Shown in pieces: positions 29,995 through 39,770 of a DNA stretch of 64,000 nucleotides (positions within the stretch are counted from its first letter, which is position 1; the number at the start of each line of letters is the position of its first letter). The notes beneath the pieces are model-generated. The model worked only from the letters and a program-made list of their open reading frames with translations. It searched no databases and was not told the DNA's origin. Origin of the DNA: an uncultured Thermodesulfobacteriota bacterium (GTDB taxonomy: Bacteria > Desulfobacterota > Anaeroferrophillalia > Anaeroferrophillales > Tharpellaceae); the NCBI GenBank assembly GCA_964457755.1, contig CAYWGC010000011.1:8320-72319 (forward strand). The letters are read 5' to 3'. A program made the position numbers and the translations under genes.

Positions 29995-31161
29995 GTGATT
30001 AATTTGCAGGACGGAAATTTTTCCCATAAAGCAGCAGGTTTGAAATCATTTATGGCGATGGATATTCTTGAACGGGCCCAGGAACTTGAACGCAAAGGGC
30101 GTTCAATTATCCATCTGGCGGTCGGCGAACCAGACTTTCCAACCCCGCAAGCTATTAAAGATACAGCTATAAAAGCTCTTAAAGCTGACAAAACCCACTA
30201 CACTCACAGCCTCGGGACCTTTGAGTTGCGCCAGACCATTGCTGATTACTATCTGAAACGCTATAAAGTCAAGATCCAAGCAGAGCAAATCCTTGTCACC
30301 TCCGGCACCTCTCCGGCATTGATGCTGGCCTGTGCCGCGCTACTTAATCCCGGCGACAAGGTCATCGTCAGCGACCCCGGTTACGCCTGTTACAGCAACT
30401 TTGTCACCTACTGTGACGGCACCCCGCAACTCGTTAACGTCTACGAAGATAACGGTTTCCAATTCGACCCGCAAACCTTGAAAAAAAGAATCTCGCCGCA
30501 AACCAAGGCGATCTTGATTAATTCACCGGCCAACCCGACCGGCAACCTGCTGGAAGCTGACCGCATGCGAGAACTGGCCGCTCTTGATCTGCCGATTCTC
30601 TCGGATGAGATCTACCACGGCCTGGTCTATGAAGGCGAGGAGCACTCAATCCTTGAGTACACCGATAACGCTTTTGTTTTTAATGGTTTTTCAAAACTCT
30701 ACGCCATGACCGGCTGGCGCTTAGGTTACCTGATCGCCCCACCCCGTTACATGCGCACACTCCAAACCCTGCAGCAGAACTTCATGATCTCAGCCAGCCA
30801 TTTTGGCCAGGAAGCTGCAATTACCGCTCTGACCTCTCCAGAGGTTCCCAAAGATCTGGAGAAGATGCTGAAAATTTACGATGAACGGCGCCGCTTTATG
30901 CTGAAACGGGTGCGCGAAATTGGTTTACAGGTGGAGGTGGAGCCGACAGGGGCATTTTACATTTTTGCCAATGCCAAAAAGTTTACCTCAGACTCCTACA
31001 ATTTCGCTTTTGAGATTCTTGAAAAAGCCGGCGTCGGGGTCACTCCAGGCATCGATTTCGGCAAAAACGGCGAAGGTTTCCTGCGTTTTTCTTATGCCAA
31101 CTCACTGGAAAATATCGCTGAAGGGATGAATCGCCTGGAAGACTTCTTTGACCTTAAGTGA
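29995..31161 (+). CDS. Class I/II PLP-dependent aminotransferase (aspartate aminotransferase-like)
   Basis: GEPDFPTP, YTHSLG, NSPANPTG, SDEIYHGL, GFSKLYAMTGWRLG, PGIDFG, RFSYA. Confidence 0.93.
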   Translation: MINLQDGNFSHKAAGLKSFMAMDILERAQELERKGRSIIHLAVGEPDFPTPQAIKDTAIKALKADKTHYTHSLGTFELRQTIADYYLKRYKVKIQAEQILVTSGTSPALMLACAALLNPGDKVIVSDPGYACYSNFVTYCDGTPQLVNVYEDNGFQFDPQTLKKRISPQTKAILINSPANPTGNLLEADRMRELAALDLPILSDEIYHGLVYEGEEHSILEYTDNAFVFNGFSKLYAMTGWRLGYLIAPPRYMRTLQTLQQNFMISASHFGQEAAITALTSPEVPKDLEKMLKIYDERRRFMLKRVREIGLQVEVEPTGAFYIFANAKKFTSDSYNFAFEILEKAGVGVTPGIDFGKNGEGFLRFSYANSLENIAEGMNRLEDFFDLK

Positions 31162-31207
31162 AAACCAGGTTTACCCTTTTCTTAAAATCCCAAAAAGTAG
31201 TGGTGAA

Positions 31208-31275
31208 CTTTGCTTCGCCCTCATAAACGGGGTCAAAGCTGGGGTGCTAACGCACCTTTTACCAGCAATGACCCC
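31208..31275 (+). repeat. REP-like element between convergent genes
   Basis: CTTTGCTTCGCCCT followed by GGGGTCA...TGACCCC stem. Confidence 0.7.
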
Positions 31276-31316
31276 AATCCCGGCAGTTCGAAGAAAGCCA
31301 AAGCTTAATATTCACA

Positions 31317-31375
31317 ACCACAGAGAGTTAAATAAGGCTTGCTTTTCTCTGTGAACTCTGTGCCCTCTGTGGTGA
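31317..31375. repeat. Periodic-arm palindrome with truncated left arm
   Basis: ACCACAGAG(AG) ... CTCTGTG-AA-CTCTGTG-CC-CTCTGTG-GTGA (period 9). Confidence 0.8.
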
Positions 31376-31389
31376 TATCTAATCCTATC

Positions 31390-33174
31390 TTATCTTTTTC
31401 CAGGTAACGGAAAAGCCAGCAAAAAGGTATTACCGGAAAGCTGCAAAAGATCATCGCCGCGCTTGACCATGGCGCAGACCAGCTCATCTTTAACAATCTG
31501 CATGCCCTGCACCGGCCCGCCAATGACTCCGGTCAACTTCTGGACGACAAAACCAGTGTTGCTCTTTTTGATCATTTTAACATGACCCTTATTAAGAAAA
31601 CCATATTCACCTAAAGCGGTCGACATACCGGATTCATTGTCGATTAAAATAATCTCTTTTACCCCGTCACCATCAAAATCATAAACTCTCAAAGGGGAAC
31701 TGATCTCCCTCTTTTCTACATAGCTGACTTTCGGTGTACCAACCTCATACTGAACATCATGCAGAGAACCAGCAAGACGCTCATCACTGACCCAAAGACG
31801 TTTACTGCCCTGATAGATTTCCAGAAAGTTCTGTTTATTGATAAAACAGAGCTCTTTGATTTGGTCATTATTGATATCCTCATAGACGGCACCCGGCAAG
31901 GCAAAACCCATAGGCACAGAAAATTGTCCTACTGAAGAAACCTTACTGCCCTTAAATTTTAAAATAAAAACTGAACTATCGAAAAGTACTTCTTCAGCGA
32001 ATCCCTGCCCGACGAAATAGACCCCCTTATCGGCCACAGATCTACCCCCTAAAAGGCTCATAACAAAAGGAATGTTATCGGCTACAATTCGATACTTACC
32101 TTTTTCTTTAGCGATCACAAAAGATGAGAAACCATCTTCGGTCTCTTTGAAGGTATTAACCATGATCTCATCTTTGCGATCACCAGTGATATCGCCAACC
32201 TGAATATTAACTATATCACCCCATTTATCAAAATGATAACGGTAGCTGTATTTCAATCCCCGCTCAGTAATCTCATAAACATAAATTTTTTCGCCATCAG
32301 TAAAGACCATCTCGGCAATCCCGTCATTATCAAGGTCACCGACATCCATACCCTTAACCACCAGACTGACTTCAGCCATCTGACGGTATCTGGTCAAAAT
32401 CGCCTTACCTGCTTCACTCGTCGAAAGGCCATACTTACCCTTAGCGCTGCTACCTTTAAAAGTCCCGGTAAAAGCGCCAGAAACTTCATTTTGACCTGAA
32501 AATTGCGCCGCCGGCCAAGCTGCAACCAACTCCTGGTCACCATTATAGAAAGCCAGATTAGGGCCTTCATTAACGACATAGAGATCATAGCCCAAAGCTC
32601 CGGGGCCTCCCGGCCGACGCAGAGCCTGGCGGTGTTGCAAACCAACCCCATAGTCAGCCCAGTTAAGCTGCGGCAGAGACTCACGGATGCGCGAAAAGAT
32701 TTCTATGCCATTGCCATTAAGATCAATAAACAATGCCGCCATTGAGGCAAAACGTTTAACCAAAGCCCCTCTATTTAGTGGAACCCTAAGATAGCGGTTA
32801 AGAGGCCGACAAATGGCATAATCAGCTTCAACTCGCATCACCCTAAGAGTTGCGACAAGCCTCTCCTGGGCCCCCAGGGAACGCCCCGTGACCGGGTGAA
32901 TCATAGGCACTCCCGGTTGCAGAACTGCAAAAAGGTCACCAACCCCAACCCCCTTCTTGCGGCCGCAATCAACTACAACTCCCTGGGGCCCAACTTGCAC
33001 CAAGTAACCGGATAAAGCCTGAAAACGAGTCATTGGATCAGCGGCAGAAACTGGCAATGAGGCCGCCAGAAAGGCTACAGACAAAAAGCCGAGGATAACC
33101 CGAACTCTCAATTTATATGAATAATATTTGCTCTTCAACACATCCCCCACAACTCTAACCCCAAACCCGGACAA
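31390..33174 (-). CDS. Exported FG-GAP/VCBS-repeat protein with N-terminal FlgT-C-like domain
   Basis: Signal-like segment (AASLPVSAA). VVVDCGRKKGVGVGDLF..IHPVTG.LG is FlgT-C-like. Repeats GDLDNDGIAE, GDITGDRKDE, EDINNDQIKE, YDFDGDGVKE. Confidence 0.8.
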   Translation of the reverse strand: MSGFGVRVVGDVLKSKYYSYKLRVRVILGFLSVAFLAASLPVSAADPMTRFQALSGYLVQVGPQGVVVDCGRKKGVGVGDLFAVLQPGVPMIHPVTGRSLGAQERLVATLRVMRVEADYAICRPLNRYLRVPLNRGALVKRFASMAALFIDLNGNGIEIFSRIRESLPQLNWADYGVGLQHRQALRRPGGPGALGYDLYVVNEGPNLAFYNGDQELVAAWPAAQFSGQNEVSGAFTGTFKGSSAKGKYGLSTSEAGKAILTRYRQMAEVSLVVKGMDVGDLDNDGIAEMVFTDGEKIYVYEITERGLKYSYRYHFDKWGDIVNIQVGDITGDRKDEIMVNTFKETEDGFSSFVIAKEKGKYRIVADNIPFVMSLLGGRSVADKGVYFVGQGFAEEVLFDSSVFILKFKGSKVSSVGQFSVPMGFALPGAVYEDINNDQIKELCFINKQNFLEIYQGSKRLWVSDERLAGSLHDVQYEVGTPKVSYVEKREISSPLRVYDFDGDGVKEIILIDNESGMSTALGEYGFLNKGHVKMIKKSNTGFVVQKLTGVIGGPVQGMQIVKDELVCAMVKRGDDLLQLSGNTFLLAFPLPGKR

Positions 33175-33185
33175 GCCGAAACTGG

Positions 33186-33256
33186 ATTTGTGTTAATTTG
33201 TGTCCATTTGTGGTTAAAAATGCGTAAACCACAAATGGACACAAATTAACACAGAT
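33186..33256. repeat. Periodic-arm palindrome (30-bp arms, 1 mismatch)
   Basis: ATTTGTGTTAATTTGTGTCCATTTGTGGTT ... AACCACAAATGGACACAAATTAACACAGAT; ATTTGTG unit at period 10. Confidence 0.9.
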
Positions 33257-33330
33257 AAAAAACCAAAACATCGCTAATTGCACGGTTACCATATAGCCTT
33301 TTTACTATAAGACCTCAAGCAAAAAGCACG

Positions 33331-33359
33331 AAAAAGGGGAAGCGGTAAACCGCTTCCCC
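33331..33359 (-). terminator. Rho-independent terminator of the porin gene
   Basis: GGGGAAGCGG-TAAA-CCGCTTCCCC 10-bp stem, followed on the minus strand by a T tract. Confidence 0.85.
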
Positions 33360-33387
33360 CTTAGAATTCATTTAGAAAGTAAATCCT

Positions 33388-34824
33388 TTAGAATTTGTAA
33401 CGAACCCGCATGGTGCTGATGAAAACGTCTTCGTCGCTACTGCCATCACGTTCAACTTCGAATGCGTCCAAAGCATCACCCGAAAAAAGGTAACCGGCAT
33501 TAACGGCAAATTCGACGTTATCGTAAAGTTTGTATTTCAGATAAGCATCAACTTCAAAACCAACTTCATCTTCTTTTTCAAGAGTCCCATCAAGAGCATA
33601 GTACTCAACATCTTCGGCAGTCATCATGTACATAACTGAAGAACCCAAAGACAGCTTCTTACTAGCCTTATAGTCGACAGCCAATTTATTCATGATAAAC
33701 CCTTTATCGAGAATATAGGGTTTTTCTGTAAAGTAGTTATCGTCGGTAAAACCACCCTCGAAAATACAGATATTGTCGGCCCGATCCAGATCAACCGCCA
33801 TAAAACCATCAAAATCACTATCGTAAGGATCATCATCACCAGATGAATACCAGAAAGTATAGGTAAATTTCAGGGCATCAAGTTTCATACCAATATCGAA
33901 ATGAGCAAAGTATGCACTTAAATCAAAATCATCATTAAGCGCTCCGGCAGGATCAGACAGATCCTGAAACTGAGAGCCAAGTTTAGAATCGAATTTATAG
34001 ACCTGTACAAACTGAGCTTCATCAATACTACCAGTCTGATACATCAAATCCCAGTTGACAAAGAAATTGCCAAAATTAGCTTTACCATCAGTACCAAATG
34101 TAACAATTGAGGTGTCAAATTTATTTTCCAATTTCTTCAATTCATAATGCTGTGAAGTGATCGTACCACCAGCACCATTATCCAAATCTGAATCTCCAGT
34201 ATGCCAGACACCAAAGATACCAGCCTTAATTCCATCTGCAGGCTTGAAGTTCACACGTGCATAAAAGGCATCCATATCGGATTCATCTTCATCTTCACCA
34301 TAAGAAGCATCTTCCCAAGGACGTAACCAACCGACTTTAATATCAACAGGCCCGGCAGCAAAGTCAGCCGTCACACCCATAACAGTTTCCTGCCAATAAT
34401 ATCCGTTTACTGTAAACGGCTGTAAACCCATACGGACGCGGGCTTTATTACAGGCCCAAGGCAGCTGAAAGTCAGTATAGAGCCAACGAGTTTCGAACAC
34501 CATTCCATCGCCAGAGTAACCACCGGCACCTTTACTTTCATCACCATAATGGAGTGCGCCAACTTCAAAAGCCCAAAGACCTTTAACCTTACCGTCGTTG
34601 GTTGTCGCATCGAACCAGAGACGATACTTGGCTTCCCCCCAAGTCTCATTCACATCACCATCATCTAGACCTGCGTCTTCCATTGCAAGCCAGTCATTAT
34701 GATTCGTGTAAACCATAAAACGATTGTTAAAATCACCTTTGATTTTGACGTCAGCAGCCAGTGCCGGAAGAGCGATCGCCAGCATCATCAAAACTGCCAG
34801 AACTAATCCTAGTCTTCTAACCAT
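33388..34824 (-). CDS. Outer-membrane beta-barrel porin (deltaproteobacterial type)
   Basis: Signal peptide (ALPALA-A), alternating aromatic/hydrophobic strands, acidic loops, C-terminal VRYKF beta-signal, own terminator. Confidence 0.8.
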   Translation of the reverse strand: MVRRLGLVLAVLMMLAIALPALAADVKIKGDFNNRFMVYTNHNDWLAMEDAGLDDGDVNETWGEAKYRLWFDATTNDGKVKGLWAFEVGALHYGDESKGAGGYSGDGMVFETRWLYTDFQLPWACNKARVRMGLQPFTVNGYYWQETVMGVTADFAAGPVDIKVGWLRPWEDASYGEDEDESDMDAFYARVNFKPADGIKAGIFGVWHTGDSDLDNGAGGTITSQHYELKKLENKFDTSIVTFGTDGKANFGNFFVNWDLMYQTGSIDEAQFVQVYKFDSKLGSQFQDLSDPAGALNDDFDLSAYFAHFDIGMKLDALKFTYTFWYSSGDDDPYDSDFDGFMAVDLDRADNICIFEGGFTDDNYFTEKPYILDKGFIMNKLAVDYKASKKLSLGSSVMYMMTAEDVEYYALDGTLEKEDEVGFEVDAYLKYKLYDNVEFAVNAGYLFSGDALDAFEVERDGSSDEDVFISTMRVRYKF

Positions 34825-35032
34825 TTTTTCCTCCTTTTAAAAATTAACCTTCAGAAAGTTAAAAATAAACCAATTAAAACAAATTAACAAATCAATATTA
34901 AGAGAAAATAAAGCTCCCTTAATTGTCAACTGTAAAGTTGTAAAACCACGCCTAGTAATACATATATTAAGCTATTAACAAATTCTAATTTAGATTGCAA
35001 GAAAAAACTTTATACCTATAAAAAGATATGGA

Positions 35033-37570
35033 TTAAACTATTCTCAGTATCCCCTCATATAGATAGTCACGCGTATTATTGTAGACATCACGGGGGTCAA
35101 GTTTGCGCCGCGCCAACTTTTGTGTCATCGCCGCAGCCGCCACGGCGGCCGCAACCTGTGGCGGCACCCGCAGGTCCATGGCTGCCGGAATGATCGTACC
35201 TTGGGCCAGATCTTCAGGACTGACCAGAGAGGCGATCGCATTGGCGGCCGCAATCTTCATGGCATCGTCGATCTGACGGCTGCGGACATCGAGCGCCCCC
35301 CTGAAAATGCCGGGAAAAGCCAGGGAGTTATTAACCTGGTTGGGAAAATCAGAACGACCGGTAGCTATCACCTTAGCTCCCGCCGCAGACGCCGCTTCCG
35401 GCATAATTTCCGGTATCGGATTTGAGAGTGCAAAAACTATCGGATCTCTGCCCATACTCTTGACCATCTCTTCAGAGATGGTTTTGGGTTGTGACAACCC
35501 AACTACGGCATCGGCCCCACTTAAGACCGAGGCCAGATCTCCTTTTAATTTTTCCGGATTAGTCAGCTGCGCCATCTCCTCCTTATAACGATTCATCCGT
35601 TTTTTGCGGCCGCCATAAATAGCACCGACCGTATCACACATAATGATATTTTTAATTCCGCCACTGAGCAGAAGTTTGGTCACAGCAGTAGCTGCAGCTC
35701 CAGCGCCATTAACAACAACCTTAACCTCTTCAAGTTTCTTATCTACTATCTTGAGAGCATTGAGCATCCCAGCCAGCACAATCACCGCTGTACCATGCTG
35801 ATCATCATGGAAAACCGGAATATCTAGTTTTTCGCGTAGAATACGCTCTATCTCAAAGCAGCGAGGGGCGGAGATATCCTCAAGATTAATGCCGCCGAAA
35901 ACCGGGGAGATGGCCTCAACCACGCGAACAATCTCGTCAACATCTTGAGTATCGATACAGATCGGCAGAGCCTCAACCCCGCCAAAAGTTTTAAAGAGAA
36001 TTGCTTTACCTTCCATTACCGGAAGGGCTGCCCGAGGACCAATATTACCATAACCAAGCACCGCAGAACCATCAGAGACAACCGCCACTAGATTACTTTT
36101 CACGGTCAGATCGTAAAGCTTATCGGGGTCAGCCATAATCAACTTAGTTGATTCCGAAACCCCGGCCGCCGAGTAGAGGATCGAGGCCAGATGCTTATCC
36201 TTAACCGGGATCTTGGCTTCGATCTCAATAACGCCCATATAACGCTTATGAAGTTCCAAGGATTGTTCATCAAGGCTGACGGCGGTCTCTTTCCGACTCC
36301 CCTTACGCTCTAAAGGCGGCAAAATCGCGAGCTCTCCCTCATAAACATAACGCAATAATTTTGCCTTGATCTTCTCAGGATCAACCGCTTTCCGGTTTAC
36401 CCCGTCAGCAACGGCGGCCGCCGCCACCTGGCGGGCAATCTCCGGGGCCAGACTGAAATCAAAGAGCCGGGGTACAATATTTACTTCACTCAACAAATCT
36501 TCCGGAACATTCTCCTGCAAGGCCTTAACCGCCGCCATCTCCATCCCCCAGGTCACCTTCCAGGCGGCGGCATCAAGAGCCCCTCTGAAAAAACCAGGAA
36601 AAACCAAAGAAGAAGTAAGGTAATTAGGATAATCGATACTGCCGGTTGCAACAATAAAAGCCCCCGCCTTGCGGGCACTCAGGTAATCAATTTCTGGTTG
36701 CGGCAGGGCCAAAGCAAAAACGATCGGTTTAACAGCCATGGTTTTAATTATTTCCGGCTTTAATTGGCCACCACCTGAAAGACCGATGAAAACGTCGGCC
36801 CCAGGCAAAACTTCTTCGAGCGAGCCCTTAAGGCAATCGCAATTTGTAATAAATGAGAGCTCTGCTTTAGCCCAGTTCATATTGGAAGTCCGATGCCGGT
36901 AGATAGCCCCGGCCCGATCGCAAACCACGACCTCACCAGTTCCGAGACGGGCCAGACTACGGGCCAAGGCAATACCGGCGGCCCCGGCGCCGTTAATAAC
37001 AACTTTAGAGGATGCAAGTTTTTTTCCAGCCACTTTGAGAGCGTTATTCAAGGCGGCTAAAATGACGATTGCCGAACCATGTTGATCGTTATGAAAAACC
37101 GGCAGGCGCACCGCTCGCCGCAGACGTTCGACAATCGCAAAACAATCAGGGGAGGCGATATCCTCAAGACAAATGCCACCCATGGTCGGCGCCATGACGC
37201 GAACGATCTCAACAAACTCATCTGAAGTCTGGGCATCGATCGCCAACGGCAAGGCATCGATACCGGCAAAGCTTTTAAAAAAGACCGAGACCCCTTCTAG
37301 CATGGGGATCGATGCCGCAGCCCCCACCTTTCCAAGACCAAAAACTGCGGAGCCGTTGGAAAAGAGACCAACCGTGTTGGCTCGCATTGTATAGAGAAAT
37401 GAGTCGGAAGGATTATCAGCAATCGCCTGACAACTACTGCCAACCCCTGGGGTATAGACCAGACTTAAAATCGAGGTATCCTTAATCGGGACCTTACTGC
37501 ACACCCCGATCAAACCACGATATTTCTTTCTTAAAGCGAGAGATTTTTCTGCTACAGCCATTTTTTTCAA
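35033..37570 (-). CDS. Malic enzyme made of two tandem malic-enzyme domains
   Basis: Two complete copies of YxPGV / GSAVxG / LED / FHxDQHG / GAGAA / FPGxFRGALD. No phosphotransacetylase domain. Confidence 0.92.
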   Translation of the reverse strand: MKKMAVAEKSLALRKKYRGLIGVCSKVPIKDTSILSLVYTPGVGSSCQAIADNPSDSFLYTMRANTVGLFSNGSAVFGLGKVGAAASIPMLEGVSVFFKSFAGIDALPLAIDAQTSDEFVEIVRVMAPTMGGICLEDIASPDCFAIVERLRRAVRLPVFHNDQHGSAIVILAALNNALKVAGKKLASSKVVINGAGAAGIALARSLARLGTGEVVVCDRAGAIYRHRTSNMNWAKAELSFITNCDCLKGSLEEVLPGADVFIGLSGGGQLKPEIIKTMAVKPIVFALALPQPEIDYLSARKAGAFIVATGSIDYPNYLTSSLVFPGFFRGALDAAAWKVTWGMEMAAVKALQENVPEDLLSEVNIVPRLFDFSLAPEIARQVAAAAVADGVNRKAVDPEKIKAKLLRYVYEGELAILPPLERKGSRKETAVSLDEQSLELHKRYMGVIEIEAKIPVKDKHLASILYSAAGVSESTKLIMADPDKLYDLTVKSNLVAVVSDGSAVLGYGNIGPRAALPVMEGKAILFKTFGGVEALPICIDTQDVDEIVRVVEAISPVFGGINLEDISAPRCFEIERILREKLDIPVFHDDQHGTAVIVLAGMLNALKIVDKKLEEVKVVVNGAGAAATAVTKLLLSGGIKNIIMCDTVGAIYGGRKKRMNRYKEEMAQLTNPEKLKGDLASVLSGADAVVGLSQPKTISEEMVKSMGRDPIVFALSNPIPEIMPEAASAAGAKVIATGRSDFPNQVNNSLAFPGIFRGALDVRSRQIDDAMKIAAANAIASLVSPEDLAQGTIIPAAMDLRVPPQVAAAVAAAAMTQKLARRKLDPRDVYNNTRDYLYEGILRIV

Positions 37571-37718
37571 CCTGATTTAAAAATAAAGATAAAAATAGAC
37601 AAAACCAAGCCGCATCATAACAAAAAGATACGGCCTGGTTCCACCGGAAGTGGTGAAAATTATCAAACTTAGTAATTACTTAACAACTAATCGATTATTT
37701 TATACTGATTATTTTATA

Positions 37719-39116
37719 CTAATAACCCTTGAGGTGATCAATATACTCCGGCAAAAAGAGTGAAATCTGTGGAAAATAAGTTATTAATATCAGGAATATG
37801 ACGAGAATCGAAAGCCACGGTAGAGCTGCCTTTAAGACCCATGCAAGATTATGACCAGTGATGCCGGACATAACAAAGAGATTGAGACCTACCGGTGGCG
37901 TCACCATCCCGATCTCCATATTAACCACCATAATTACCCCCAAATGGATTGGATCAATCCCCAGTTTACGAGCAATCGGAAGAAGAATCGGGGCCATAAT
38001 CAGGATAATTGCCGAAGGCTCCATAAAGTCTCCGGCAAGGATCAGGAAAACATTGACAACAATCAAAAATCCCCAAGCCGGAAGACCCCAGCCAACTATC
38101 ATCTCGGCAAACATGTGGGGGATACGCTCCGTCGTCAAGACATGGGCAAAGAGCATTGCGTTGCCGATAATAAAGAGCAGCATAATGGAGACCTTGGAGG
38201 AGTCCAGCAGCACCTTGCGCACATCGGGATGCGTAATAGAGCGCGGCATCGCCGCAACTGTAAGACGGAGATTACGAGTTATCGCATTGCCCAACGACTC
38301 GTCCTTTTCGACCCAGACCACACCCTTCAAGGGCCCCATATCACGATAGACAAAAATCGCGATAAAAAAAGCATAAACAGCCGAAACCGCAGCCGCTTCG
38401 GTGGGGCTGGCAATACCACCATAGATCGAACCTAAGACGATGACAATCAGCATCAAACCCCAACCAGCGCTGAATCCGGAACGTAAAAGGTTTCCGAACC
38501 CCACCCAGGGCTGAGCTGGAAGCTTCTTGAACCGAGCCACAACATAGATTACCACCATCAGGATTGAACCCATCATGAGACCTGGCAGAAAACCGGCCAT
38601 AAAAAGGCGGGCCGCTGACTCTTCGGTGGCAGCCGCATAAACCAGCATCACAATCGAAGGCGGAATCAAAATACCCAGGGTCCCGGCATTGGTAATGACG
38701 CCGGCCGCCATCGTCTCCGGGTAACCGGCCTTGACCATCCCGATAATAACAATCGAACCGATCGCCGCAACCGTAGCCGGTGAAGAGCCCGAAACTGCGG
38801 CAAAAATCATACAGGCAAGGACTGATGCCATAGCCAATCCGCCGCGAATCCAACCAACGCAATCGATGGCAAAATTAATGATACGGGTGGCAACCCCGCC
38901 GGTCGAGAGAAAGGTTGAAGAAAGAATAAAGAAGGGGATCGCCAGCAAAGTATAGTGTTCCGACTGGGACTCAAAAAACTTCAAGGCAATTGATGCCAGT
39001 GAATCACTGGAAAAAAAGAGAATCGTCGTGATACTGGAGAGACCGAGTGCAAAAGCGATCGGCATTCCGGCAAACAAACAGAGAAAAAGAATAAAGAAAA
39101 GGGCTGCAGTGGTCAT
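37719..39116 (-). CDS. dctM: TRAP transporter large permease
   Basis: GMPIAFALG, LLAIPFFIL, SGSSPATVAAIG, GILIPPSI, GMVTPPVG. Confidence 0.96.
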   Translation of the reverse strand: MTTAALFFILFLCLFAGMPIAFALGLSSITTILFFSSDSLASIALKFFESQSEHYTLLAIPFFILSSTFLSTGGVATRIINFAIDCVGWIRGGLAMASVLACMIFAAVSGSSPATVAAIGSIVIIGMVKAGYPETMAAGVITNAGTLGILIPPSIVMLVYAAATEESAARLFMAGFLPGLMMGSILMVVIYVVARFKKLPAQPWVGFGNLLRSGFSAGWGLMLIVIVLGSIYGGIASPTEAAAVSAVYAFFIAIFVYRDMGPLKGVVWVEKDESLGNAITRNLRLTVAAMPRSITHPDVRKVLLDSSKVSIMLLFIIGNAMLFAHVLTTERIPHMFAEMIVGWGLPAWGFLIVVNVFLILAGDFMEPSAIILIMAPILLPIARKLGIDPIHLGVIMVVNMEIGMVTPPVGLNLFVMSGITGHNLAWVLKAALPWLSILVIFLILITYFPQISLFLPEYIDHLKGY

Positions 39117-39694
39117 ACCGTATCACCCCCTTTAACAACAGTCTGGCCCGATATCTCCTGAGCTAGATGCAGACTCTCTTTAGCCTCATCTGCAAGTCTA
39201 AAACCGTCTACCTTACCCGTATAAACTTCCCACAAAAGCTGTAACAAACGCCAAGCCAGCATGACCATCCCGAGCAATAGAATACTGTGCGCCAGCCATT
39301 TCGGAACCGGCAGGTCCTCCATTTCGATACCAATCATATGGATCTTTTCAAGATAGACCCAAGAACCTTTGATAAAAAGACCACAGTAGACCAGACAACT
39401 AATTACCGCACAAAGGCTGACCAGGCGATGCAACTTGTCGGGCAGCATCTTGACAAAGGTATCGACCCCAATATGGGAACCAACCTTGATTCCGTAGGAA
39501 GCCCCAAAGAGGACCATCCAGGCAGAAAGATGCAAAGTCAGCTCCTCAATCCACATGAACCCAATGCCGAAACCAAAACGCAAAACCACCTCAACAAAAA
39601 CAAGGAGGGTCGCGGCTGCCAAGAGCAAACAGATTACCGTCTCTTCCAGGCTGCTGACAATACGGCTAAACATAGAAAACCCCAACTCCGGCAA
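39113..39694 (-). CDS. dctQ: TRAP transporter small permease
   Basis: Four TM segments, WIEELT, SHIGVD. Lies between dctP and dctM. Confidence 0.93.
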   Translation of the reverse strand: MPELGFSMFSRIVSSLEETVICLLLAAATLLVFVEVVLRFGFGIGFMWIEELTLHLSAWMVLFGASYGIKVGSHIGVDTFVKMLPDKLHRLVSLCAVISCLVYCGLFIKGSWVYLEKIHMIGIEMEDLPVPKWLAHSILLLGMVMLAWRLLQLLWEVYTGKVDGFRLADEAKESLHLAQEISGQTVVKGGDTV

Positions 39695-39718
39695 AACCCG
39701 GCTTAAAAAACAAAAAAA

Positions 39719-39746
39719 TCACGGGCCCCAATTTAGAAGCCCGTGA
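39719..39746 (-). terminator. Stem-loop after dctP (partial terminator or stability element)
   Basis: TCACGGGC...GCCCGTGA preceded on the plus strand by an A tract. Confidence 0.6.
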
Positions 39747-39770
39747 AATCAATCAAAGCAATCTATCTAT

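Noticed and set aside
31305-31523. 72-aa ORF containing TTEGTEFTE
   Set aside because: The peptide periodicity is simply the translation of the 9-nt periodic repeat arm, and the ORF overlaps the VCBS gene.
35033-37570. Annotation as hybrid MaeB (ME-PTA) based on length
   Set aside because: The C-terminal half is a second malic-enzyme domain, with no phosphotransacetylase motifs.
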